In this document: positions 17,577 to 28,100 of the stretch, one piece after another
How the letters are laid out: every line of letters begins with the position of its first letter
How positions within the stretch are numbered: the stretch's first letter is position 1
Virus record (IMG/VR): IMGVR_UViG_3300043411_001777
Location: 62,001 to 126,000 of that record
Length of the DNA stretch: 64,000 nucleotides
Reading direction: 5' to 3' (one strand)
Notes under the pieces: generated by a model
What the model was told of the DNA's origin: nothing
Seen by the model: only the letters and a program-made list of their open reading frames with translations
The model's database searches: none
Translations under genes and position numbers: made by a program

Positions 17577-18291
17577 TGTCCTCCAATTCCATCTGCCACC
17601 AGACTCAACTCCAGAATTGCGGGCCGTGATGCGTGCAATCACGGATGGTGTGCCACTAATCCCTCCGCCTGGCTCCTCCGAAGAGGAAATTGCTAGGATG
17701 GAAGCCGGTGTCATCAAAGGTCGGGCAATGCTGGCCGAAAGCCTTAAAAAGATTGAGGCAACAGGCCCCAGTAAGACTGATCACATTGTGATCAGCGGCA
17801 CACGTCGGGGTCGACCCACACTCGGGTTCGCATGCATGAACTGTGGTCAGGAATACATTTTCGAGGGGGCCCAGAGCATGCCCATCGATGTATTTGCGGG
17901 TGCCAGTAAAGGCTTCACCAAGACGCACCGCAAGTGCAAACCGAGTGAGGCTGGTAGGGCTCGGTTCATTTACACCAACACTTGGGAGTGGTTCAATTCC
18001 TGGGATTGCGGGACTTCATCCTGCGTCATTTACTGTGTATTCAATAATACTTACCCAGATAAACTCGGGATTCCATCCGACTCTTCCGACCTGGGACGTT
18101 GTATCCGTCTTCTAGACGTTGCCCCTAACGAATGGCGCGAGAGCATGCATCGTGTTGCGGATAAATACCCGGAATGGCGGCCCTTAGTTGACAACTGGGC
18201 TGAGCTGGAAGCGCTCTATCGTGAAGAGGCACCGAACCACACCGGGCCGACACCGAAAACCAACACTCGACTAAAGGAGTTGGGATGCTAA
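17569..18291 (+). CDS. hypothetical protein with Cys/His motifs
   Basis: CMNCG...HRKC; conserved-looking PSDSSDLGRCIRLL. Confidence 0.75.
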   Translation: MSSVLQFHLPPDSTPELRAVMRAITDGVPLIPPPGSSEEEIARMEAGVIKGRAMLAESLKKIEATGPSKTDHIVISGTRRGRPTLGFACMNCGQEYIFEGAQSMPIDVFAGASKGFTKTHRKCKPSEAGRARFIYTNTWEWFNSWDCGTSSCVIYCVFNNTYPDKLGIPSDSSDLGRCIRLLDVAPNEWRESMHRVADKYPEWRPLVDNWAELEALYREEAPNHTGPTPKTNTRLKELGC

Positions 18292-18833
18292 GCCAACTGC
18301 AAGATATCATTAAGCACCAACTTCCGGGCCTGCTCGAATCCCACCACATTTGGGATAGCCTGTGCATTAACAAACGACTCCCCCGCACATACCGGGTGTG
18401 GACCCTACTCGGGGACCTGCGGCTGTGCCTTCACAAATTCGACCCCTGTGATACCCACGAGGCGTTCGACCACCCGCACCCATGGCCTGGGGCCTTCGTC
18501 ATCCTGGACGGGGCTTACAAGATGCGTGTGGGCTATTCCAAGGACCGCGAATCCGGGCCGGAACACGTCGCCGAATTCTACATGCCACGGTATTCGGGGT
18601 ACGAGATCACAAACCCACTAACGTGGCACGCTGTGATCCCTCAGGCCACCACATACACGGTAATGCTCAACTCCCCGCCTTTTGCGAGAGACGTGGCCCA
18701 TACTCAAGTGCGGATCCCCCAAGGGGAGGATCTCGACCGGATGACTCCGATGGAGCTTCAAGAGCATCTCGACAAGTTCAAGCTCTTTGCTTGTATGTAT
18801 GAGATGTTTGGGGTGGTTAAGTCAGATCCCTAG
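18285..18833 (+). CDS. cupin-like protein
   Basis: DHPHPW...ILDGAY...WHAV; AAGGAG SD. Confidence 0.65.
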   Translation: MLSQLQDIIKHQLPGLLESHHIWDSLCINKRLPRTYRVWTLLGDLRLCLHKFDPCDTHEAFDHPHPWPGAFVILDGAYKMRVGYSKDRESGPEHVAEFYMPRYSGYEITNPLTWHAVIPQATTYTVMLNSPPFARDVAHTQVRIPQGEDLDRMTPMELQEHLDKFKLFACMYEMFGVVKSDP

Positions 18834-18844
18834 TCAGATCCCTA
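18821..18844. repeat. 12-bp tandem direct repeat GTCAGATCCCTA x2 at a convergent junction
   Basis: read directly from the sequence. Confidence 0.9.
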
Positions 18845-19190
18845 ACCCAGAGAGAATCTTTTCGCCTGCATCGATTAGGTGTAGGCGAACGAAATCGAGA
18901 TAGGTAATCAGCTCCGAATAGGAGCTGACGGCAGCCTTTTTAACAACGGGCTTACCCAGAAGAGTGCATGAACATTGGCAAGTCCCCATCGGAACTCCGA
19001 AAAGGGACTTCGTGCTGATGTTGATTGACAACTGGAATTCCCAAAAGTTGAGGGTGTAGACTTCACACCCAATACCCACTTGGGTAGCCATTTTGGCTGT
19101 TGGGAACCTATCACGGATGATTTGTCGGGCTTCTTCAGGGAGCATGCCTGGTTCTACCCGATCAACTTTTGCTGCACTCCAGAAATCCAC
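18834..19190 (-). CDS. hypothetical protein
   Basis: ORF in the minus-strand block. Confidence 0.65.
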   Translation of the reverse strand: MDFWSAAKVDRVEPGMLPEEARQIIRDRFPTAKMATQVGIGCEVYTLNFWEFQLSINISTKSLFGVPMGTCQCSCTLLGKPVVKKAAVSSYSELITYLDFVRLHLIDAGEKILSGLGI

Positions 19191-19486
19191 TGAAACTCCG
19201 TTTCGAGCGCCTGAAGCCGCTCAATGATTGGCAATGAGGTACTGTTGCGCTTAAGAGCTGGGGTTAGGTCGTTTATCGCTTGAAGCATTTTCTTCACCCG
19301 AACCTGCTGATTGTGTTCCAGTTCAAAGAACCAATCGGCTGTGATTTCGGAAGTCTTACCCAAGAGACCCTTAGTCTGTTTGAGCTTTAGACTCCCCCTG
19401 AAAAAGCCCAAGTTTCTAAGGAGATGGGCGTTATCATGGTTCAGGTATGTCGAAATAGCCTTTTTCAAGGGTTGGGCTTTTCGCAT
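19154..19486 (-). CDS. paralog of the N-terminal domain of the adjacent zincin
   Basis: SEITADW...QQVRVKKMLQ...L..EFQW; GAGG SD. Confidence 0.75.
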   Translation of the reverse strand: MRKAQPLKKAISTYLNHDNAHLLRNLGFFRGSLKLKQTKGLLGKTSEITADWFFELEHNQQVRVKKMLQAINDLTPALKRNSTSLPIIERLQALETEFQWISGVQQKLIG

Positions 19487-19491
19487 CCAAG

Positions 19492-20574
19492 TTACCTCAG
19501 GTTTTCCATGATCTCTTGGATTTCCGGATGCAGAGGCCTGCCCAGCACAAAATGCTTAAATGCTTCCGCGAAGTTTTCCTTCACAGAAGTCCCCCCATAT
19601 GGGGTGACCGCGATGGGAGCCCGTAACACCTCTTTTGTGGGCAACGTGTCTGGCAAAAGCGGGATAATCTCCGCCACAAGAGTTGCGTCCAACGTTGGGT
19701 CTTTCACTGCGGCACGCACGAGCTTACCAAGCTCAACCCATGGGGGTGTTCGCTCAATAACATCCAAGATTTTCCCCATTAGGGGAGTTGAGGTGGCTTT
19801 GCCGCCTTTACGGACTGACTGTACAACACGCAATTGCTGCTCAGCTTCAGCACGCTTCATTTGCGGTGTGATCTCCAAAACCTTATACACAGGTTCAGTG
19901 GACAACTCCACAAACCGCCTGCGCGTTTCCAAGTCCTTCCAAAAGCGATAGTCATACCGATGACCAAACTCGTGAATAATCGTCCCCACATCCTCCGCAG
20001 ACCGAGTGGCCTTCAAACTCAAATAGACCACATCCTTATCGGGAAAGTAAGAGGCGTTGGTTCTGCCCCCAAGACTTTTGGTAATGAACACCTTACAGGA
20101 TAAGAGTGCGGCAGGAAAGCCCCGTAAGCTATTAGCTGCGGCCTCCAAACATTCCAGAGCTTTCGCAGCATTCGCTTTGCTAACGCCAGGCATAAGGTTG
20201 ACAATAAAAGGCCCGAATTCGAATTGGTCTGACTCCGTCTTCACCTTAGGTGCTAGCCACTTGAACTCAAGCACCAGATCGTTAAGGCGAGCAATTGTAT
20301 CGGGATAGGTTTCTTTCCGTTTTACGGCGTGGGTAAGGTTCCAAACCTCTTGGAGCATTTTCTTGACCCGCGTTCTTTGTTGGGGCCCCATTCCATGATA
20401 CCAATCAGCAGTGATTTGGGAGCTGTTTCCGAAGAAGCCTTCTGAGGTATAGATTTGAAGGAGCGCTTCCAAAGCAGTAAACGCCTTTAGCACAGGCCCG
20501 TTGATGCCCTCAGATTGATAATCTGGAATTGCATCAGCCAATTGCTGATACGGAGTTTTAGCTGTTTTTCGCAT
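19492..20574 (-). CDS. zincin-like metalloprotease
   Basis: HEFGH plus distal ENFAEAF; GAGG SD. Confidence 0.75.
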   Translation of the reverse strand: MRKTAKTPYQQLADAIPDYQSEGINGPVLKAFTALEALLQIYTSEGFFGNSSQITADWYHGMGPQQRTRVKKMLQEVWNLTHAVKRKETYPDTIARLNDLVLEFKWLAPKVKTESDQFEFGPFIVNLMPGVSKANAAKALECLEAAANSLRGFPAALLSCKVFITKSLGGRTNASYFPDKDVVYLSLKATRSAEDVGTIIHEFGHRYDYRFWKDLETRRRFVELSTEPVYKVLEITPQMKRAEAEQQLRVVQSVRKGGKATSTPLMGKILDVIERTPPWVELGKLVRAAVKDPTLDATLVAEIIPLLPDTLPTKEVLRAPIAVTPYGGTSVKENFAEAFKHFVLGRPLHPEIQEIMENLR

Positions 20575-20588
20575 ACAAATTACCTCAA

Positions 20589-21137
20589 TTAGGGGATCCG
20601 GTCGGCAATTTGCCCACCCTTCATCGTCCGCAACTCACCCGTACTGCTCGCAGACCAAGTCGTCTGATCTTCTAGCGTCCAGCCTAGCTGGAACACCCCG
20701 GATAGGTCCACAGGCTCGTCCATGAGCACAACGGGAGTGCTGGAAGGTCCGATTGCCCCGCCAGTAATCACATTCATTTGAAGATCAATCCTACCTGTTG
20801 CAATATCACCAATGGCGGTGATATTGAGAGACCCCTCAAAGTAAATCTGACCCGAATCTGCAAAATCGAATAAGGCCAACTCCGCCCCAGCGGTCAGCGC
20901 CGCTGAGGCCAAACCCGCACGTAACCGCAATCTACAGCCGTCACCAGGGTCCACGACCAACTTGATCCAGCCGGCAAAGCAAAGCCGGTTATCCACAACC
21001 GCGGGCATCCCCGTTAGCACACAGGTAAATGCGGTCTCCGCGCTCACGTTGGTAATGGTGGAGGAAGCCCCACCATCCAAATGGAACGGTATCGAGGCTA
21101 GTATGTATTCTAGAGAACCGCCGTTAAAGGTTGCCAT
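20589..21137 (-). CDS. hypothetical protein, possibly virion-associated
   Basis: GGGGGAG SD; Gly/Ala/Thr-rich, beta-type composition. Confidence 0.7.
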   Translation of the reverse strand: MATFNGGSLEYILASIPFHLDGGASSTITNVSAETAFTCVLTGMPAVVDNRLCFAGWIKLVVDPGDGCRLRLRAGLASAALTAGAELALFDFADSGQIYFEGSLNITAIGDIATGRIDLQMNVITGGAIGPSSTPVVLMDEPVDLSGVFQLGWTLEDQTTWSASSTGELRTMKGGQIADRIP

Positions 21138-21187
21138 TTTTAGGAACTCCCCCCTAAGCCTTCAAAAGGGATAAGAGGAATACCATG

Positions 21188-21607
21188 TTACGGCTGCTCT
21201 AAAGACACAGCCTGCCAATCAGGCCACACCGCACTCAACTCAGCAACGAGCGAACCCATAGCATCATAAGCCTCATCACTGTCATTGTCCATAAAGGAGG
21301 AGACAGAATGTGCCAGCTTTAACAACGTCTGAATACGTTTCTGCGCAGTTGGCCGGTCCGGCTTCGCTGACCGGACCCGATCAGCATTGATGATGAGCTG
21401 CTCACGCTCCTTAACCAACCGTTTTAACTGCACCTTCTTTTTGTCGACGGCGAACGTAGCACTGTTCCACCACGTGGAACCAGGCCTCCCCAAATCAGAG
21501 GCCCCTATCTTGGCGTCATTTAACTGACGGGTAATGTCGGCAATGATGCGCTCAAGTTCAGCAATTTCCGCGTCTTTCCGCTTCAACGCAGTAGGTAGAT
21601 CGGTCAT
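21188..21607 (-). CDS. hypothetical coiled-coil protein
   Basis: ORF in the minus-strand block. Confidence 0.7.
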   Translation of the reverse strand: MTDLPTALKRKDAEIAELERIIADITRQLNDAKIGASDLGRPGSTWWNSATFAVDKKKVQLKRLVKEREQLIINADRVRSAKPDRPTAQKRIQTLLKLAHSVSSFMDNDSDEAYDAMGSLVAELSAVWPDWQAVSLEQP

Positions 21608-21624
21608 GTTTAGGGGTAATCCGT

Positions 21625-22605
21625 TTAGAGTAGGTCGGAAACATCCGACTCAAGTATAGCGCCATCCGCTGATGATATGCAATAAGGAGAAAACCAAATC
21701 CGCTCCTTATGCCGGTTTTTCGCATTCCCCTCATCCGAGGACTGCCCATACGCTCGGGTGGCCGAGTAGCTAAAACAACGCCACGACGACGGCATTTCAT
21801 GCTCACCATCGTATCCGCACAACGCAATTCTTATTCGGGGGTCTTCCCCGTGCTCCAGAGCCCATTCCCGAACCTTAGCCGATAGGTCCGGTTCTTCGTG
21901 GGTGTATAGGCCCGCATAGGTGCCCTCATCCGAGTAAGGCGGGTCTAGGAACACCCCTACAGTCTTGCCTCTGTAGAGAGCCCCCGTAGTGACTACCCGA
22001 GACCAATCCCCACAGCACACCCTGACGTGCCGTAGCCGCTCCCTGAGCGAAAACAGATAGTCCCACACGTCCTGCGTAGGTCGGTTGATGCCAACGCCTG
22101 TAGTGACGAGATTGGGGAGCTTACGGCGAACCCCGGGCGTGCCTTCCGGAGCTGGGACTTTACGGCTGTCTAAGACTCGGCCATTATCAATGTACCAGGG
22201 GCCTTTTCCGCTGCACCAGGCCGCGCCGATCCATGAGGAGATTCCCCATACCCACAGCCCAGCAACCTGACTGTCAAAATAGAAGGGGTCAGCCTCTAGC
22301 TTTGCAATCCGTGCAGCCCCCTCGTTCACTAGCCAAAGGTGGGTGGCGATTAGATCCGTCTCATTGACGGGACGATCAGCCCAGACGGCAACCCCTTCCG
22401 GGTCATGTTGAATCGCCCGGAAGAAATTGCAAATGAAGCCGTTCAGGTCATTTACGGTTTCAATGCGTGGTTTGTGGGGTCGTGCCAACAAAACGGCACC
22501 CGACCCCACAAACGGTTCCGCATAATGGTCTACGTCACCGAGAGCCCTCCAAACTTCGGCCCCCACACGACTTTTACCACCGAAATAGGCAAATGGAGAG
22601 CGCAT
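21625..22605 (-). CDS. DNA adenine methyltransferase (Dam/D12 class)
   Basis: YFGGKS, EPFVGSGAV, VNDLN, FLDPPY. Confidence 0.93.
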   Translation of the reverse strand: MRSPFAYFGGKSRVGAEVWRALGDVDHYAEPFVGSGAVLLARPHKPRIETVNDLNGFICNFFRAIQHDPEGVAVWADRPVNETDLIATHLWLVNEGAARIAKLEADPFYFDSQVAGLWVWGISSWIGAAWCSGKGPWYIDNGRVLDSRKVPAPEGTPGVRRKLPNLVTTGVGINRPTQDVWDYLFSLRERLRHVRVCCGDWSRVVTTGALYRGKTVGVFLDPPYSDEGTYAGLYTHEEPDLSAKVREWALEHGEDPRIRIALCGYDGEHEMPSSWRCFSYSATRAYGQSSDEGNAKNRHKERIWFSPYCISSADGAILESDVSDLL

Positions 22606-22970
22606 TAGGGCCGAACGAGCTTCGTCACGTCTGAAATCTCACCCGTCATTTGACGGGAAAGGTCTTCCCAGGAAATGCCGTTCTCTTTCCAATTTTCACC
22701 CGTAACCCACCACTTAGAGCCTAGCTTAATCGCTACGTAACGGTAGGTCCGGCTTGAAAATTGGGGAGTACGACGCCAAAAAATGACGTCTTCATGCCGA
22801 TAGATATCTTCGCCGAGAGGTGAGGCACGCTTAGCGTGCTCCAACTCAACTTGAAGTCGATTTCTCTGCCGGAGAGATTTGGCACGGAATTCTTCTGCCC
22901 TTTTATTGAATTGCAAGGCCTCGATTTCCAAATCATGCAAAGCCTTGTTAAGTTGCTCAACCTTGGTCAT
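22605..22970 (-). CDS. hypothetical protein
   Basis: TAATG overlap with the methylase start. Confidence 0.7.
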   Translation of the reverse strand: MTKVEQLNKALHDLEIEALQFNKRAEEFRAKSLRQRNRLQVELEHAKRASPLGEDIYRHEDVIFWRRTPQFSSRTYRYVAIKLGSKWWVTGENWKENGISWEDLSRQMTGEISDVTKLVRP

Positions 22971-23874
22971 TTGGCACTTCCTTAAGGTACTTATTCCACT
23001 GCTTAAAGGGGATCATGAAGCCCGCCGCGTTCTTGTGCCCACCACCTCCAAATGAAGTGGCAATCTTGCTAACGTCGGCGCGGTCACAAGACCGCAAAGA
23101 CACCTGAGCCATAGGCTCTCCGTCCTTGTAGTGAAGATACCACACCACACCGAAAGGCGCGTCCAAGGCCAAGACGTTTCCGATTTCGGACTGGTAATGG
23201 GCAGAACATACAGCGGGAACCAACCAAGGACGCTTTCGCCAGAAAGCCCACCAGGGCTTATGCCCTAGTCGAATCATTCCCTTATGCTTCACGGAACGCT
23301 TAACCTGCTCCTGCTCTGCCTTATAAAGAGCCGTACCGATCAGCTTGGCATTTTCAAATGCCCCCAGTGCCTGCATCTCTTCGTATGCCGGGATCGAAAA
23401 ATCCAGGTTAACGAGAAACGAGTTGATTTCCTTTGAATCTGGGAGCTTCCACGTCCAAAGGTCGCGATCCTCGGCATAGGCAATGAACCAAGGGACCTCT
23501 TCACCAGGGAAGAAGTGCTCCCAGCACATCCCACAACCAGAATGATCCATATCGAACTTGCAATATGGCAAGTCCCCAAGCTTTTCCTGCGCCGAAATGT
23601 GGTGGTCCAGACAAATGAAGGACTGCGCCCTGGCGTTCCAGGTATCCATTGCTTCGCGGCCTAGGGTCACATCCGCCATAATGACGTGCTTGCCAACAGG
23701 GTCCGCTTTAGGGGTCACCCCTGGAATTGTCGGGACCAGCTCGATATTGGCGTCAGGCACCCCCATTTTCCGGAGGAAGAGAACGATGACCAAAGCTGAC
23801 ATCATCCCGTCAGTACAGTTCTTGTGGAACGAAATAAGGTAAAGGTCGTTAGGGTGCCAATTTCTATTTACCAC
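22957..23874 (-). CDS. DHH/DHHA1 phosphoesterase
   Basis: FHKNCTDG, ADV, LDHH, EDRDLW, SLRS, GGGGHKNAAGF; GTG 23874 follows AAGGA (alternative start 23934). Confidence 0.9.
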   Translation of the reverse strand: MVNRNWHPNDLYLISFHKNCTDGMMSALVIVLFLRKMGVPDANIELVPTIPGVTPKADPVGKHVIMADVTLGREAMDTWNARAQSFICLDHHISAQEKLGDLPYCKFDMDHSGCGMCWEHFFPGEEVPWFIAYAEDRDLWTWKLPDSKEINSFLVNLDFSIPAYEEMQALGAFENAKLIGTALYKAEQEQVKRSVKHKGMIRLGHKPWWAFWRKRPWLVPAVCSAHYQSEIGNVLALDAPFGVVWYLHYKDGEPMAQVSLRSCDRADVSKIATSFGGGGHKNAAGFMIPFKQWNKYLKEVPNDQG

Positions 23875-23884
23875 GGTCAAGTCC

Positions 23885-24202
23885 TTAAAAGGATGAGAGA
23901 AACACATTCCAGCCCAGTATTGGGGGAAACTCATTAGGGTTATGCTTTTTTCCTGTCTCTTTCCAGAGACAAATGACCTTCACCATAAGCTGTTTGCAGG
24001 GGTGGTTCCTGGTGTATTCCTTGATCAGGAAATCAAGGAACTCCGAGGTGGGCTTACTTTGTAAAGCGGGTCCGATAACCACACCCAAATTGTCCGAGCC
24101 CACTAATTGGTGGCCATCCCACCAACGGCAATCCGGGCTTATGGAGCCATAGATAACCTTTTCCCACCACCAATCCTGCAACCAAATGATCTCAGGTCCC
24201 AC
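23885..24202 (-). CDS. hypothetical Trp-rich protein
   Basis: ORF; its stop overlaps the SD of the DHH gene. Confidence 0.55.
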   Translation of the reverse strand: MGPEIIWLQDWWWEKVIYGSISPDCRWWDGHQLVGSDNLGVVIGPALQSKPTSEFLDFLIKEYTRNHPCKQLMVKVICLWKETGKKHNPNEFPPILGWNVFLSSF

Positions 24203-24494
24203 TGTTCCAATCCGGGCGTAAGTCTACCAGAGCCTGGAACTGCTGGCCCGAGCCGAGGCACAAAAACCATTGCCACTTGGGCAAAAGCAATAGCCCAACC
24301 TCGTCCTCCACTAAGAAGTGCTCCGGCAGGGGTACCACGAGCGTTCCTAGCGGAACTACAGGTGTGTAGCCTTGGTCTACTACCCGGAGGAAAGTTTTGG
24401 CGGCCGTCTTCACAAGAACGGCTATGTGGGCCGCTCTTTCCTTTAGTAGGGGAGACGGCTGGGAACGCTCTTCTTTGGTTAGAAACCACGACAT
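24192..24494 (-). CDS. hypothetical protein
   Basis: GAGG SD; first gene of a divergent unit. Confidence 0.6.
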   Translation of the reverse strand: MSWFLTKEERSQPSPLLKERAAHIAVLVKTAAKTFLRVVDQGYTPVVPLGTLVVPLPEHFLVEDEVGLLLLPKWQWFLCLGSGQQFQALVDLRPDWNSGT

Positions 24495-24514
24495 AAGCTC
24501 ACCTCAGCCGGATT

Positions 24515-24558
24515 CTACCCAAGTAGGGCTAAAGCCTGCCATACCTCGGGTAGCATAA
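24515..24558. promoter_or_regulatory. putative divergent promoter pair (GGGTAGAAT on -, GGGTAGCATAAT on +)
   Basis: both fit TAnnnT -10 elements and sit at the strand switch. Confidence 0.45.
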
Positions 24559-24563
24559 TTCCT

Positions 24564-25121
24564 ATGCGTGAAATAAGACGTGTCTTCACAACGAACATCC
24601 TCTGCTGGTCCGATGGAATTAGGCTGGAAGGGCAGAATATCGTATTTGGAAGCCTTTTCGGCCCAAGAAATGCAGTTCGGGCTATCTGGGCTTACCTTGT
24701 AATGAAGAAGTCCGCGGAAGTTACAATTGAGGGCCTCGACAATTACTTCAAGCTCGACACTTCCAAGTACCTCACCATCCAAGCCCCGCTTGATAAGCGC
24801 GGCGGCGGATTACACCTAACGATGCTTCAAAGCGAAGCCACTAATCAGCTCTCTGCTTGGAGCAAGAGTTTTTACCAGCTCGGGTCTGACACCTATCCCT
24901 GGCCTTTCGGGGAAACTCCGTGGGACAGCTTTTGGGGTAAGCTGACACGTATGTGTACCGTACCCTTGCGCCCGGCATGGAAAGACCAAATGTGGGAAAT
25001 CGGTCGCCAATCTGGACTGATTACCGAACTCGACGGTTTTGGGGTCCCCGTCTTTAGCGTGTCGACCGACAATTGGTTTAAGGTCGTGATGCATAACATC
25101 CAAGCTGGAGTGCTCGTATGA
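24564..25121 (+). CDS. hypothetical protein, partner upstream of the methylase-helicase
   Basis: GTATGA overlap with the next gene. Confidence 0.75.
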   Translation: MREIRRVFTTNILCWSDGIRLEGQNIVFGSLFGPRNAVRAIWAYLVMKKSAEVTIEGLDNYFKLDTSKYLTIQAPLDKRGGGLHLTMLQSEATNQLSAWSKSFYQLGSDTYPWPFGETPWDSFWGKLTRMCTVPLRPAWKDQMWEIGRQSGLITELDGFGVPVFSVSTDNWFKVVMHNIQAGVLV

Positions 25122-28100
25122 CGCGTCTCGCGGCCACCCTAAAAATGCTGTATTACCCCACCCAAGATCGAATCCTCGATCTTTTGGGTGAATACATAAC
25201 CTTCACTAAGCCCTATTGGGTGAAAGAGCAAAAGCTCTTCCTTTTGGACCCTTGTTGTGGTGACGGTGCTGCGCTGAGCTTTCTTGCAAGCATTTGGTCC
25301 TCTTCGATTCCTACTGAAACGTGGGGCATTGAACTCCACGAGGAACGAGCTAAGAAGGCCAAGCTGCTGCTTGATCATGCCTATCACGGCAGTATGCACC
25401 AAGCCCTAATTACGGGCAAGTTTCACTGTGTCCTCCTAAACCCACCTTACGACTCTGGAGGTGAAGGGGAGCGCCAGGAAGTTCAATTCCTGCAAGACGC
25501 AACCCCATGGCTTGCCCACAATGGGATGCTCATTCTCATCATCCCGAGAAAGATTCTCCGCTTAGACTCTTTCCGCCAGCATATGGGGGTTCACTACTCC
25601 TACGTAGACGTTTTCGACTACCCCTCTCCCGAAAAGGAGCAATTCAATCAGGTTGTTGTAATCGCACGTCGCGATACCCATGGCTATTACCAGCGGGGGG
25701 TTCCGAATATCGACGCACCCTTCTTCCCAGAGTTGGGGAGCAAGAATTTCAATTGGGAAACTCCCCGAATTGACGAACGCCCCAAAGTTCGGGTGGTGAA
25801 TTTCGATCCTGAGGAATGGGTCGATAAGCTCCCTGGCTATAGCACCCAGCAATGGCAGCGGGCAATGCTGGACCAATCGGCGCAAGCCCATACGCCTTTG
25901 ATGATGCCACGCCCAGGTCACCGGGCACTGCTGCTTGCGGCAGGGCAGCTAAACGGCTATGAGCTGCGGCCTGGGTTGCTTGTTAAGGGCAGTTCAGAAA
26001 AGACCAAGCTGGTCATCCCGCAAGGGGATGAAGTTCTAGAACGGGAGAAGATCGTTACTCGAATCTCCCAGCTCGATATCACCAATGGTGTATTTGACAC
26101 TTGGCTCGTTCACGAGCATCAGGATAAGACCGTTCAATGGTTCTTGGAATACGGCGACGATCTATCAAAGGCGATCATCGCAACCCACAAGCCCCTTTTC
26201 AACGGAGACACCACACCGTGGGCCCCTGAGCTGGCCAAATTGCGGGCTCCTGGAATCCTCCCCGGAAAGACAACCCCCGAGTTTTTCCAGCTTCAAGTTG
26301 AAGCCGCTTGCGCTATCGCTTTGAGGTGGCGAAAGCACAAAAACACTAATGTTTCCGGAGAAATGGGTGTCGGCAAGACCACCCTCGGAATTGTCGCCTC
26401 AGAAATTTCCAAGCACAAGAAAACGATTGTCGTTTGCCCTTCCCACCTCGTAAAGAAGTGGGTTCGGGAATGCGCGATCATTACGGGACAACCTGGGGTT
26501 GCATTTCTGGCAAAGAAGCTCTCCGATGTCGACCGGTTTTTCGCGCCCGGCGCTCCCGCTCGATTCCTGATTATTAGTAAAGAAACCGCTAAGTTGGGGG
26601 CCAAGTGGCGCCATGCTTTCCACGTTAAAACTTCCCTTCATCGGAAGTGGCGTTGGGACGGTCCCGAGAAAGTCCAGGAAAAGCTCACTTATGTGAGTGC
26701 ACACTGCCCTACCTGCGGAGAAACGCCGTTCTTTGCGGAGGAAACCGCAATCCAAGTCAGCCTAGAACAGGCTCTCCAGAACAAGACAAAGGGGAAATGT
26801 CAGGCTTTGACCCCCGTCAAGTATGGCGTCACCACGGCGGAGGGGGCCGCTGTAGCTCCCGTGTTCCCGATCCCGCCCAAAAAGGACGACGATGACCCTC
26901 GCCATCGCTGTTTCAGCTCGCTTTGGCAGAGTGAGCCTTTGTCTGCAAAGGGGACAAAGCGTTGGGCGTTGGCAAAGTACGTCAATACGCATTACCCCCG
27001 CCAATACAGTCTGATTACAGACGAAGCACACATTCTTGCGAAGTCGGATTCGGATCAGGCCCGTGCGGTCCAGCTACTGGAATCCCAAGCGGTAAAGACT
27101 CTTTCAATGACGGGGACGATCTACAGCGGCCGTGCTAGCGGGCTGTTCCATCTTCTCTATAAGACGGATGGGGCTTTCCGACTCCTGTACAAGTACGATG
27201 AGACTCAGCTCTTTGTTGAGCATCATGGGCTGTTTGAAAGGGTCTTCAAGGAAGAAGAATACACGTCAACGTACGGCTATAAGAAGGGGAAAGGAAGTGG
27301 CCGGTTGCGGGAGATTCCGGGAATGTCTCCTGGAATGATTCCGCTATTGCTCCCGTCAACGATCTTCCTAAAGCTCAAAGACCTAGACGTAGAGCTTCCT
27401 CCATATCGTGAAATCGTGGTCTCGCTCAACCATGATGGGGATGTGCTTCGACAGGCTCAACTGTTAAAGGATAACGCGCTCGCAGTGATGCGTAAGCATC
27501 CCGAGCTGTTGGGCCAATACCTAATGGCCTGTCTCGGTTATCCCGACGCCCCCGAGAACGAAGAGAACATCGTTCTTAGGGACGAGGATGGGTATGAGGA
27601 AGTCATCGCGCACGCGGATGCGATCCCCAAGGAATCCTATCCTAAGGACCGTTATGTTGTAAACACGGTCAAAAACGAAAAGGAAGCTGGCCGTAGGGTG
27701 CTGGTGTTCTTCTCCCAGACTCATAAGCGTGATGCCCGAATGCGGGTCCAGCGTTTGCTGGAGGCCGAAGGGCTAAAGGTCGTAGTGCTCGACAGTAACG
27801 TCACGCCCGAAAAGCGTGAAGAATGGGTAGCAGAGCAAGTCGAAAAGGGTTTCGATGTCATGTTGACCAATGGTCGGCTGGTCGAAACCGGCCTTGACCT
27901 TTTGTTTGCTCACACTATCATCCAATACGGTACAGAGTACAGCATCAATACGCTACGTCAAAGCATTCGGCGTAGTTGGCGTTTGGGGCAAACAAAGCCC
28001 GTACGTGTAATTTTCCTCATATATGCGGATACCTTGCAGGAAAACGCGAGTAATCTGATCGCACGTAAGATGCGTGCGGCAGAGCAAGTGGACGGTGACG

